From Bacteroidales bacterium (GTDB taxonomy: Bacteria > Bacteroidota > Bacteroidia > Bacteroidales > UBA3663): a stretch of DNA of 64,000 nucleotides. The notes below the pieces were generated by a model, which was not told where the DNA came from, did not search any database, and was given only the letters and a program-made list of their open reading frames with translations. Both the position numbers and the translations under genes were made by a program. Below, piece by piece: positions 39,435 through 48,505 of the stretch (its first letter is position 1; each line of letters begins with the position of its first letter). Where the stretch lies: NCBI GenBank assembly GCA_017519885.1, contig JAFWRO010000012.1:133175-197174 (forward strand), in the 5' to 3' direction.

Positions 39435-40994
39435 ATGAAACGAATTATAGCATCAGCAGCCGCCATTCTATTGGTTGCTGCATCAGCAAACGCACAAAAT
39501 ATTGTCAATGCCGCGCATATTGGTTCCGAAAGCATTAGTGGAACTGCACGCTATCGGTCGATGGCAGGAGCCTTTGGCGCGTTGGGTGGTGACCCGTCGG
39601 TAATCACCGACAACCCTGCCGGCTTGGCTATTTATCGCGGGACCAACGTTTTGACCATCACCCCACACTGGGGATTCACAGGCACAAAATCGAAAGGTTC
39701 GGAGGAAGCTACCAATAATGATCACAACTTTGCCCTGTCGAATTTGGCTGCAATCTTCTCTTACCGCACACCCAACAGCGACAACCTTGTGAACTTCAAC
39801 TTCGCCCTCAGCATCGACCGTCAGTACGAGAACAATTCGAAATACAATACCATCATTGATGGAGGAAGCAGCTTTGGTCAGTACCTTACGAACCAGGCCA
39901 ACAACTATCTTGGCGGAACACTGTCTCCTCAAACGGAATTCGACTGGTATAACAACGGCTCGCAGGCACCATTCCTTTCAATGATGGCCTACGACATCTA
40001 TGCCATTGTTGATGATCCCCACAATCCTCACGCTGTGATTGATCCGATGAAAGGACAGACAGCCTACAAGCGCCTTTTCGTCGATGAAGACACACGCTTG
40101 GATCATTACAACATCTCCGGTGCCTTCAACTTCAACGATGTCTTCTACTTGGGAGCCACGATGAGCATCTCGGATTATCGGTCAATCCAGCGGACTGAAT
40201 TTGACGAAGACTATTCTTACGACTACGATGGCAGTTACATTGCGTATGACAACAAAGTTGAATTCAAAGGTTCTGGCATCGACTTCAAAGCGGGTGTAAT
40301 CTGGTCTCCTTTCGACAGTTGGCGAATTGGTGCATCTGTACACACTCCTACATGGACCACCATCAGCGAATACTACGAGGGATCCATGATTACCGATGAC
40401 GAGCATGTGAGCGATTGGAGCACATACTACGACAGTTGGAAATATGAGTTCAGCACACCTTGGGAATATCAGTTCTCAGCAGCCTACATCTTTGGCACAA
40501 GAGGACTCTTGAGCGTCGAGTATGACCTTCGCGACTTCACGACCATGGAATACTCTCATAACCGCAGCTATGGCTTGACCGACAACTACTTCAGCTACGC
40601 CAATGACTGCATCGACACTTACCTGCAGCCTCAGCACACCTTCAAGGTTGGTGGCGAGTATCGTATCACAAAGAATCTGAGCGGTCGTCTTGGTTATGCA
40701 TTCGTCACATCACCATTTACCGACGAAGCCCTCTATGGCAACGTTGCTGCTGGCGACATCAACCAGTGCTTCTACGAGACCACCAAAGTCAACTACCAAA
40801 CCCTTGGCAACCAATACTACATCACGGGAGGTTTGGGCTGGAGCGGCGCGAACTGGTACATTGACGCAGCCTTCATGTACCATCATTCGAAGATTCATGC
40901 TGCCGCTTATCCCGGTGACTTTGCACCCACTGAGCCCATTGACGTGAACTTCGGCGAAAAGAATGTCGATGTCACCATCGGTTACAGATTCTAA
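39435..40994 (+). CDS. FadL/OMPP1/PorV-like outer-membrane beta-barrel protein
   Basis: A signal peptide is followed by GTARYRSMAGAFGALGGDPSVITDNPAGLA, the N-terminal hatch-like motif of the FadL/PorV superfamily. The C-terminus is ...IGYRF. Confidence 0.5.
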   Translation: MKRIIASAAAILLVAASANAQNIVNAAHIGSESISGTARYRSMAGAFGALGGDPSVITDNPAGLAIYRGTNVLTITPHWGFTGTKSKGSEEATNNDHNFALSNLAAIFSYRTPNSDNLVNFNFALSIDRQYENNSKYNTIIDGGSSFGQYLTNQANNYLGGTLSPQTEFDWYNNGSQAPFLSMMAYDIYAIVDDPHNPHAVIDPMKGQTAYKRLFVDEDTRLDHYNISGAFNFNDVFYLGATMSISDYRSIQRTEFDEDYSYDYDGSYIAYDNKVEFKGSGIDFKAGVIWSPFDSWRIGASVHTPTWTTISEYYEGSMITDDEHVSDWSTYYDSWKYEFSTPWEYQFSAAYIFGTRGLLSVEYDLRDFTTMEYSHNRSYGLTDNYFSYANDCIDTYLQPQHTFKVGGEYRITKNLSGRLGYAFVTSPFTDEALYGNVAAGDINQCFYETTKVNYQTLGNQYYITGGLGWSGANWYIDAAFMYHHSKIHAAAYPGDFAPTEPIDVNFGEKNVDVTIGYRF

Positions 40995-41009
40995 AAATCT
41001 TCAATAATA

Positions 41010-43451
41010 GTGGAGAATTACCTATCATCACTCAATGAAAGCCAACGGGCCGCCGTAGAATACTGCGACGGCCCTCAACTTGTAATTGCCGGTGCAGGTT
41101 CGGGCAAGACGCGCGTCTTGACCATGAAGATTGCCTATCTTTTGACCCACGGATACCGCCCCCAGGACATCATTGCACTGACCTTTACCAAGAAGGCAGC
41201 CACCGAGATGCAGCAACGTATCCAGCAGATTGTTGGTCCTGCACCCTCCCGACGACTCTGGATGGGCACCTTTCACTCGCTCTTCTGCCGTATACTGCGA
41301 CGCGAAGCGGGTCGTCTGGGTTTTCGCTCCGACTTTACCATCTACGACCAGACCGACTCCCGCTCATTGATCAAGACCATCATCAAGGAGATGGAGCTCG
41401 ACGACAAGATCTACAAGCCCAACAGCGTGCAAGCTCAGATTTCAAACGCGAAGAACAACCTGATTACTCCGGGTATGTACAGTGCAAACAAGGAACTCCT
41501 CACCTACGACGCACGCTCCAAGCGCCCACTGCTGCACATTATCTACCGGAACTACTGGAACCGCTGTTTCCAGGCAGGAGCCATGGACTTCGACGACCTG
41601 TTGGTCTATACCAACATCCTCTTCCGCGACCATCCCGATGTGCTCGAGTTCTACCAGCAGTATTTCAGCTATGTGCTCGTCGATGAGTACCAGGACACCA
41701 ACCGTGCCCAGCATCTCATCGTCGAACAACTCGCTGCCAAGCACGGTCATCTCTGCGTCGTGGGCGATGATGCCCAATCAATCTATTCTTTCCGTGGCGC
41801 CAATATCCACAACATTCTGGATATGCAGCACAAGATCCCCGACACCAAGCTCTTCAAGCTGGAGCAGAACTATCGCTCGACGCAGAACATTGTGGATGCC
41901 GCCAATTCGCTCATTGCGAAGAACAAGGATCAAATACGCAAGACAATCTTCAGCGAAAACGACCGAGGCTCGAAACTCATTCTCACTGGTACCTACTCCG
42001 ACCTGGAGGAATCCTATCAAGTGGCTGGACGTGTACAGTCGCTTCACGACGACCAGGGTTACAACTACCGCGACATTGCCATCCTCTACCGCACCAATGC
42101 GCAAAGCCGCACGCTCGAGGAAGCCCTGCGCAAACGCAACATCCTCTATCGCATCTACGGAGGCCTGTCGTTCTATCAGCGCAAGGAGATCAAGGATATC
42201 ATCAGCTATCTGCGACTCATAACCAATCCTGCCGACGAGGAGGCATTTAAGCGCATAGTCAATTATCCGGCTCGCGGCATTGGCCAAACCACCATCAACA
42301 AGATTGCAGCCATCGTGGCAACTGGCAAGACCTTCTTCGATGTGTGCTCCGATCCCGAGGCCCACAACCTGGATGTCAACAAGAGCACAGCAGCCAAGTT
42401 GCGTGGGTTCACAGCGCTTATCCAGCATTTCCAGGAACTGAACGAACAACTCAACGCTTATCAGCTTTGCGATCGCGTCATCGTCGAGAGTGGTATCAAA
42501 GCCGACCTGGCTCAGGACAACACTGTCGAAGCAATAAGCCGTCGTGAAAATGTCCAGGAACTTCTGTCAGCCATTCAGACGTTTACACTGGGAGCCGTTG
42601 AAGAAGGTCGCGAAGTCAAACTCGTTGATTTCCTTGCCGACGTCTCTTTGAGCGGAGATTTGGAACCCGAAGGACACGACGCCGACGACGACATCAAGAA
42701 CTCCGATTATGTTTCCCTGATGACCATCCATTCGGCCAAGGGTCTCGAATTCAAGAATGTATTTATCGTAGGCATCGAGGAGAACCTGCTGCCTTCCGAA
42801 ATGTCGCTCAACGAACCTGGTGGTGTAGAAGAAGAGCGTCGCCTGCTCTATGTAGCCATCACCCGTGCCGAAGAGAATTGCTTCATGAGCTATGCCAAGT
42901 CGCGTTTCCGCAACGGGAAGAGCGAAGCAAGCCGTCCCAGCCGTTTTATCAAGGATATCGACAGGCAATTCATCCAGCAGACCGGCAGTCCCGATTCAAG
43001 CACCGACTATGGCAGCGCAGGCGGTGGAAGATTTGGCTTCGACTATGGTGGGCACAGCAGCTTTGGCACAGCTGGCAAAGAGGGAAGGACGATTGACAAG
43101 CGCAACATTGTCTGGCATCATCCCGGAGATCTTCCTGAAACACAAAAGCGGCCGGAACAGAAACCCTCTCCGCTCGATCTCTCCGGTCCCATCCGCAAGA
43201 CCATTCGTCCCAACGGAGCATACACCGAGGGAATGAAGCCCAAGGCCACCCCTGCTTCATCCGAATCAGCCACCATCACCTTCAATGGCCAGCTTTTGCA
43301 GGCAGGCACACGCATCGCCCACGACCGTTTCGGCGAAGGCACCATCACCTCGGTCGATGGCAGCAACGACAATGCCCGCATCTCCGTAAATTTCGACCAT
43401 TTCGGCAACAAGACCCTTCTGCTGAAGTTCGCAAAAATCAAAGTGATATAA
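41010..43451 (+). CDS. uvrD: ATP-dependent DNA helicase, UvrD/PcrA/Rep family
   Basis: The ORF has a GTG start, Walker A (AGAGSGKT), VDEYQDTN, a TIHSAKGLEF-type motif (MTIHSAKGLEF), YVAITRA and a C-terminal Tudor-like tail. Confidence 0.9.
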   Translation: MENYLSSLNESQRAAVEYCDGPQLVIAGAGSGKTRVLTMKIAYLLTHGYRPQDIIALTFTKKAATEMQQRIQQIVGPAPSRRLWMGTFHSLFCRILRREAGRLGFRSDFTIYDQTDSRSLIKTIIKEMELDDKIYKPNSVQAQISNAKNNLITPGMYSANKELLTYDARSKRPLLHIIYRNYWNRCFQAGAMDFDDLLVYTNILFRDHPDVLEFYQQYFSYVLVDEYQDTNRAQHLIVEQLAAKHGHLCVVGDDAQSIYSFRGANIHNILDMQHKIPDTKLFKLEQNYRSTQNIVDAANSLIAKNKDQIRKTIFSENDRGSKLILTGTYSDLEESYQVAGRVQSLHDDQGYNYRDIAILYRTNAQSRTLEEALRKRNILYRIYGGLSFYQRKEIKDIISYLRLITNPADEEAFKRIVNYPARGIGQTTINKIAAIVATGKTFFDVCSDPEAHNLDVNKSTAAKLRGFTALIQHFQELNEQLNAYQLCDRVIVESGIKADLAQDNTVEAISRRENVQELLSAIQTFTLGAVEEGREVKLVDFLADVSLSGDLEPEGHDADDDIKNSDYVSLMTIHSAKGLEFKNVFIVGIEENLLPSEMSLNEPGGVEEERRLLYVAITRAEENCFMSYAKSRFRNGKSEASRPSRFIKDIDRQFIQQTGSPDSSTDYGSAGGGRFGFDYGGHSSFGTAGKEGRTIDKRNIVWHHPGDLPETQKRPEQKPSPLDLSGPIRKTIRPNGAYTEGMKPKATPASSESATITFNGQLLQAGTRIAHDRFGEGTITSVDGSNDNARISVNFDHFGNKTLLLKFAKIKVI

Positions 43452-43468
43452 TCTAGCCCCCTAAAACG

Positions 43469-43510
43469 ACAAGCGTGTCAAGGAATTTCCCTTGACACGC
43501 TTGTGTTTTT
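43469..43510 (+). terminator. Intrinsic terminator after uvrD
   Basis: ACAAGCGTGTCAAGG-aattt-CCTTGACACGCTTGT is followed by GTTTTTC. Confidence 0.85.
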
Positions 43511-43568
43511 CTATAGTGACTATATTATCTATAGTAACTATAATCACTATAGGCACTATCTCTCGCCA

Positions 43569-44918
43569 TTAAGCCAGCAGCTTCTGGAACTCTTCGAAGG
43601 TTACCTCCTTCTGATCGAGAGTGATGGCATTGCCGACGAAGTTCATGATCTTGCGGGTGATGGCACTATCACGAAGCTGGCCGCGCTGCTTCTCATCCTT
43701 AACCATATCCTCGGCGTACTGCCTTACATACTCCTCAGGGATGTCAGTAAGGCCGTACTGAGCCATCTGAGCCTGTACGTGTCCAGTAGCCTCAGCCTTG
43801 ATGTCGTCATCAGAGATCTTGATGTCATTGGCTGCCACAATCTTCTCTTCGATGAGCTGCCAGGTCAGGTCCTCCATCATCTTGGGGAAGTCCTCATCAA
43901 GCTTCTTGGCATCGCGCTTCTCGTCCTTCGAGAGGAGCCACTTCTTGAGGCTGGCCTCGGGGAACTTGAGCTCACCTACCTGGTCGATGAGAGTCTTGCG
44001 GGTATCGACGCTGAACTTATAGTCGCTGCTGCTCTTGTACTGAAGTGCGATCTGAGTAGCAACGGTCTTGCGGAACTGCTCCTCGGTGGTGCACTCGTCA
44101 CCGAACACCTTCTTGAAGAACTCTTCGTTGAGCTGGGCTGGCTCGTGGTGGTTGATCTCGGTGATGGTGAAGCGGAAGTTGGAAGTCAGGCCTTCTACCT
44201 CCTCCTTCTTCTTGCCAAGCAACGATGCGAGCTCGTTCACGTTGTTGTCGTAGGCAGCAGCAGGATTGAAGTCAACGCTTGAGAACTTCTTAGCGCCATC
44301 AAACTTGGCTTTCTCATCATCGCTCTTCATATAGCGAGGATAAACGGTGGTGCCTTCGTACAGGATGCCGCCCTCCTTGATATTGCCGTCGGCATCAAGC
44401 TCGGCGATGTCACCCTTGATGACGTCATCCTGGGTAGCAGTATCAGCATTTACATACTCGCCGTACTGGGTCTGGTAAGCCTTCACCTGGTTGTCGATCA
44501 TCTCATCGTTAACCTTGATGTTATAGTAAGGCACCTTCACGCTCTTGTCAACGGTAAGGCTGAACTCTGGGGCAATAGCAATGTCGAAGCTTACAGTGAA
44601 GTTCTCTTCGTTGGCAAAATCGACAGGCTTCTGATCCTGAGCAACCATAGGCTCACCAAGAACGTTAAGCTTGTTGTCGGCGATATACTTGTACATCGAA
44701 TCGTTGATCAGTTTGTTCACCTCATCGATAACGATCTGTGTGCCATACATTCTCTTTACAAGGCTGGCAGGAACCATACCCTTGCGGAAACCTGGCATCT
44801 GTACCTTCTTGCGGGTTTCCTTGATCTGCTTCTCAACTGCTTCTGCGTAGTCGGCCTTCTCGATGTCGAGGCTAAGGACGATATTTACGTCATCTACGAC
44901 TTTCTTTGTAATATTCAT
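43569..44918 (-). CDS. tig: Trigger factor
   Basis: The 449-aa ORF has the ribosome-binding N-terminus PGFRKGMVPASLVKRMYG and the trigger factor domain order. Confidence 0.9.
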   Translation of the reverse strand: MNITKKVVDDVNIVLSLDIEKADYAEAVEKQIKETRKKVQMPGFRKGMVPASLVKRMYGTQIVIDEVNKLINDSMYKYIADNKLNVLGEPMVAQDQKPVDFANEENFTVSFDIAIAPEFSLTVDKSVKVPYYNIKVNDEMIDNQVKAYQTQYGEYVNADTATQDDVIKGDIAELDADGNIKEGGILYEGTTVYPRYMKSDDEKAKFDGAKKFSSVDFNPAAAYDNNVNELASLLGKKKEEVEGLTSNFRFTITEINHHEPAQLNEEFFKKVFGDECTTEEQFRKTVATQIALQYKSSSDYKFSVDTRKTLIDQVGELKFPEASLKKWLLSKDEKRDAKKLDEDFPKMMEDLTWQLIEEKIVAANDIKISDDDIKAEATGHVQAQMAQYGLTDIPEEYVRQYAEDMVKDEKQRGQLRDSAITRKIMNFVGNAITLDQKEVTFEEFQKLLA

Positions 44919-44959
44919 TGTTAGGTTTGTATTAATTATATAGTTTTCGATTTCTTTGT

Positions 44960-46906
44960 TTATGCATCAATCTCGGCGTATGTGGCGTTCTGCTCGATGA
45001 ACTCACGTCGTGGAGCCACTTCTTCACCCATCAGGAGCGAGAAGGTCTGATCGGCCTGAATAGCATCCTCGATGTTGACCTGCTTCAGACGACGGTGAGC
45101 CGGATCCATGGTGGTGTCCCAAAGCTGCTCGGCATTCATTTCACCCAGACCTTTGTATCGCTGGATCTTCACTCTGTCTTCCTTGCCTTGACCATAGTTC
45201 TGGAGGAAGGCATCACGCTCGGCATCGTCCCAGCAATACTCATCGTACTTGCCGATGGTGCAGCGATAAAGCGGAGCCTGTGCGATATACACATATCCAC
45301 CATCAATGAGTGGACGCATGTAGCGGAAGAAGAGGGTAAGGATGAGTGTGGCGATGTGCGCACCATCGACATCGGCATCGGTCATGATGATGACTTTGTG
45401 ATAACGCAGGTTATCGACATCGAGCGTCTTGTCCTCACGCAGGTTCACACGGAAGGCGCGGAACATGTTCTGAATCTCCTCCGAGTCGAGCATCTTATGG
45501 ATAAGCACCTTCTCGACATTCAGGATCTTACCACGCAACGGAAGGATGGCCTGATAGAAGCGATTGCGTCCCGACTTGGCGGTACCACCTGCCGAGTCAC
45601 CCTCGACCAGGAAAATCTCACATTCTTCGGGATTCTTGCTCGAGCAGTCGGCCAGTTTGCCTGGCAGGCCACCGCCTGTGAGCTTCGACTTCTTTTGCAC
45701 ATTCTCGCGTGCCTGACGGGCAGCGATACGAGCCTGAGCTGCTAAGACAACCTTCTCGATGATGATGTGAGCCTGTTCGGGATGTTCCTCCAGGTAATTG
45801 TCCATAGCCTTGCGTACAGCCTTCTGTACGGCAGGACGCACTTCCACATTACCCAGCTTGGTCTTGGTCTGGCCTTCGAACTGTGGTTCGGCAACCTTCA
45901 CGCTCACCACGGCGGTGAGTCCTTCCTTAAAGTCCTCGGCCTTAATGTCGTTGGCAAGTTTGGCCTTCTCAAACATCTTTTCCTTGTTGCCATACTCCTT
46001 CAGAGCGCCACCCAAGGCGGAACGGAAACCATCGAGGTGTGTACCGCCCTCGTAGGTGTTGATGTTGTTCACGAAGCTGTGGATCGTCTCCGAATAGCCG
46101 GTGTTGTAGGTCAGTGCCACTTCGACGGGCACACCATCGCTTTCGGTAATGAGGTGAATAATGTCGGGAATCAACGGGGTGCGGCTCTCGTCCATCCACT
46201 TCACGAACTCCTTCAAGCCCTCGGTGCTGTAGAACATCTGGAAACGTGGCTTGCCATCAGCCTGGACGGCCTCTGGACGCAGGTCAGTGAGCGAAAGGCG
46301 GATGCCCGTGTTCAGATAGCAAAGGTCGCGCAGACGTTCTGCAAGGCGATCCCATTCGAACACCGTCTCGGTGAAGATCGAGTCATCAGGATGGAAGATG
46401 ATGGTGGTACCGGTATCTTCGGCATCGCCAATGATCTCCACTCCCGTCACGGGCTTGCCGAAAGCATACTCCTGACGATAGATGTGACCCTGACGATGAA
46501 CCTCGGCCACGAATTTATCCGACAAGGCATTGACGCAGCTCACGCCCACGCCATGGAGACCACCGGAAACCTTGTAGGTGTTCTTGTCGAACTTTCCACC
46601 AGCGTGCAGCACGGTCATAACAACCTCAAGAGCCGAACGCTTCTCCTTCTGATGCATGTCCACAGGAATGCCTCGTCCGTCATCGACCACCTTGATGGAG
46701 TTTCCTGGGAGGATAGAGACCTCGATATTGTGGCAATAGCCGGCCAGGGCCTCATCGATACAGTTATCGACCACCTCGCTCACGAGGTGATGCAAACCCT
46801 TCACGCTGGTATCGCCAATATACATAGCCGGACGCTTGCGCACAGCTTCAAGACCTTCGAGGACTTGGATGTGACTGGCGTCGTAGTTGTTCTCAATCTG
46901 TGACAT
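44960..46906 (-). CDS. gyrB: DNA gyrase subunit B
   Basis: Segments seen: LEGLEAVRKRPAMYIGDT, VMTVLHAGGKFD..YKVSGGLHGVGVS, Toprim (EIFLVEGDSAGG, IMTDADVDGAHI) and a GyrB-type C-terminus. Confidence 0.93.
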   Translation of the reverse strand: MSQIENNYDASHIQVLEGLEAVRKRPAMYIGDTSVKGLHHLVSEVVDNCIDEALAGYCHNIEVSILPGNSIKVVDDGRGIPVDMHQKEKRSALEVVMTVLHAGGKFDKNTYKVSGGLHGVGVSCVNALSDKFVAEVHRQGHIYRQEYAFGKPVTGVEIIGDAEDTGTTIIFHPDDSIFTETVFEWDRLAERLRDLCYLNTGIRLSLTDLRPEAVQADGKPRFQMFYSTEGLKEFVKWMDESRTPLIPDIIHLITESDGVPVEVALTYNTGYSETIHSFVNNINTYEGGTHLDGFRSALGGALKEYGNKEKMFEKAKLANDIKAEDFKEGLTAVVSVKVAEPQFEGQTKTKLGNVEVRPAVQKAVRKAMDNYLEEHPEQAHIIIEKVVLAAQARIAARQARENVQKKSKLTGGGLPGKLADCSSKNPEECEIFLVEGDSAGGTAKSGRNRFYQAILPLRGKILNVEKVLIHKMLDSEEIQNMFRAFRVNLREDKTLDVDNLRYHKVIIMTDADVDGAHIATLILTLFFRYMRPLIDGGYVYIAQAPLYRCTIGKYDEYCWDDAERDAFLQNYGQGKEDRVKIQRYKGLGEMNAEQLWDTTMDPAHRRLKQVNIEDAIQADQTFSLLMGEEVAPRREFIEQNATYAEIDA

Positions 46907-47053
46907 GTTGTAAAATTGTGTTTTTTTAGTTTTCTCCCGAATATTCGGAAGAAGATTTTCACGTGCGTACGCGCGCGTAATATAATAATGTCCGCAAGGT
47001 CCAATATGGGCACAATACGGGCATTATTGGGCACAAACGACCCTCGTACAAGC

Positions 47054-47305
47054 TTACAGCTTGTTGATGTACTTGGCAAGCTTGGACTTGAGGTTACCAG
47101 CCTTGTTGGCGTGGATAACGTTCTTCTTAGCCAGCTTGTCGAGCATTGCAGATACCTTTGGGAGAGCTGCAGTTGCCTCAGCCTTGTCGGTAGTGGCACG
47201 GAGCTTGCGAACGGCGTTACGTGCAGTCTTGGCATAGTAACGGTTTGCGGTGTTGCGGGTAATGGTCTGCTTGATGCGCTTCTTTGATGACTTGTGGTTT
47301 GCCAT
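47054..47305 (-). CDS. rpsT: 30S ribosomal protein S20
   Basis: [36 protein letters not shown]... is the canonical S20 sequence. Confidence 0.95.
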   Translation of the reverse strand: MANHKSSKKRIKQTITRNTANRYYAKTARNAVRKLRATTDKAEATAALPKVSAMLDKLAKKNVIHANKAGNLKSKLAKYINKL

Positions 47306-47387
47306 TGTTTTTGTAATAGTTTTTGCGGCATTGGAGTTACAAGCGGCCGCGTATTGTTTGATAATTATTTTAAAATGTATTGCTCTC

Positions 47388-47531
47388 GCTCTTCCCCTCC
47401 GATGTCATCGTCAAGACGAAGCATCCGAAAGAACTCTCCAGCCAAGCACCGCCATGTCGCTCCCGCTGGTATTGCCCGATCACGAAGCCGGGACTTGTAG
47501 TGTACCGAGGTGCACTTTTTGGAGGAAAAGC
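47388..47531 (-). promoter_or_regulatory. Structured 144-nt element in the rpsT 5' leader (candidate ribosomal-protein leader or riboswitch-like element)
   Basis: In the minus-strand RNA, P1 pairs GCUUUUCCUCC (47531-47521) with GGAGGGGAAGAGC (47400-47388). P1 encloses at least four hairpins: GUGCAC-CUCG-GUACAC, CCCG..CGGG, CCAGC..GCUGG and GAUG..UCGU-CUUG-ACGA..CAUC. A promoter box lies at 47545-47552. Confidence 0.45.
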
Positions 47532-47544
47532 CCAAAAGCGGGTG

Positions 47545-47552
47545 CAAAGATA
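47545..47552 (-). promoter_or_regulatory. -7 box TAtcTTTG (minus strand) driving the rpsT leader
   Basis: The plus strand reads gtgCAAAGATAgtt. Confidence 0.6.
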
Positions 47553-47685
47553 GTTAAATTTTCTCACATATACAAACTTTTTTGAAGAAAAATCGAAGAA
47601 AACTTTGTTTTTAAAGCGAAATGCGCTATATTTGCACGCAAATTTGACAATCGAAACTAACAAACTTTGCTACCGTGTTTTCATA

Positions 47686-48426
47686 ATGGCCAACGAAACC
47701 GATAAGACACAAGCCATTGTACTCTCCACAGTACCCATCAACGACCATTCGCAGTTCGTGCATCTCTACACCGAGCAATATGGTCGGATGACATGTCGTA
47801 TCCCCTTGGCTTCGAAAGGCAAACGTGCCAACCGTCTGCGCACAATGATGACACCCATGACCGTGCTTGACCTGGTGCTCAAGGGAAATCCCTCCGACGA
47901 AATACGGTCCATAGGCGAAGCGCAAATCGTGCAGTCGCCCTATATGCTCACCCTCAGTCATCCCGACAAGTCGGCACAATGTCTCTACATGGCCGAACTC
48001 ATCGCACACACAGTGCGTGAGGAGGAAGCCAACCCGCGTCTCTGGGACTACATCCTCGCCAGCCTGACAATACTCGAGCAATGCGAGGCGGGATGGGCCA
48101 ATTTTCACCTCATCTTCACCTGCGGACTCATCGCCCAGCTCGGCTTCAGCGTCGATACCAGCAATTATGAGCAAGGGTGTCGCTTCGACCTTGTCGAAGG
48201 CATCTTCACCACAAGTCCCATCCTCCATCCCTATTACCTCAACGAGGAATCGGCCCGATGGTTTTGTAAGCTCTTCGACACGCATTACGACACGATGCAG
48301 CAGCTCGACGTCAATCGTGCAGGGCGCCACTATCTGCTCGACACCCTGCTCATTTTCCTGGGCCAGCACATCCCTGAAATGGGGCGTCTGAAAAGTGTCG
48401 ATGTGCTCAAATCACTTTTTGAATGA
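47686..48426 (+). CDS. recO: DNA repair protein RecO
   Basis: ORF trimmed to the ATG at 47686 (MANETDKTQAIVLSTVPINDHSQFVHLYTEQYGRM is the OB-fold N-terminus). A TAtaTTTG box lies at ~47628. The rpsT-recO neighbourhood is common in Bacteroidetes. Confidence 0.75.
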   Translation: MANETDKTQAIVLSTVPINDHSQFVHLYTEQYGRMTCRIPLASKGKRANRLRTMMTPMTVLDLVLKGNPSDEIRSIGEAQIVQSPYMLTLSHPDKSAQCLYMAELIAHTVREEEANPRLWDYILASLTILEQCEAGWANFHLIFTCGLIAQLGFSVDTSNYEQGCRFDLVEGIFTTSPILHPYYLNEESARWFCKLFDTHYDTMQQLDVNRAGRHYLLDTLLIFLGQHIPEMGRLKSVDVLKSLFE

Positions 48427-48505
48427 TTTTTTCGTCACACTTCTTGACATTCTCAATTTTTCTTTGTATCTTTGCACCGGAAAACCCGACTAAACTAATT
48501 CCACT

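Noticed and set aside
38032-39535. ORFs antisense to, or frame-shifted against, the Trp/Tyr/Gly-rich gene (38032..38736 -, 38444..38929 +, 39017..39415 +, 39125..39535 -)
   Set aside because: Low-complexity GGN/TGG repeats keep alternative frames open. Only the 38077 frame has a signal peptide and a sensible start.
47388-47531. Resemblance of UGAUCGGGCAAUACCAGCGGGAG and GCUGGAGAG in the rpsT leader to TPP-riboswitch motifs
   Set aside because: The two motifs are in the wrong order relative to a TPP aptamer. The CUGG/CCAG pairing of the pyrophosphate helix is not reproduced. rpsT is also not a thiamine-related gene.
47250-47663. ORFs 47250..47585 (+), 47294..47500 (+) and 47370..47663 (-) between rpsT and recO
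   Set aside because: They overlap the rpsT coding start and leader, have no motif, and show poor codon character. The region is better explained as a structured leader plus the recO promoter.
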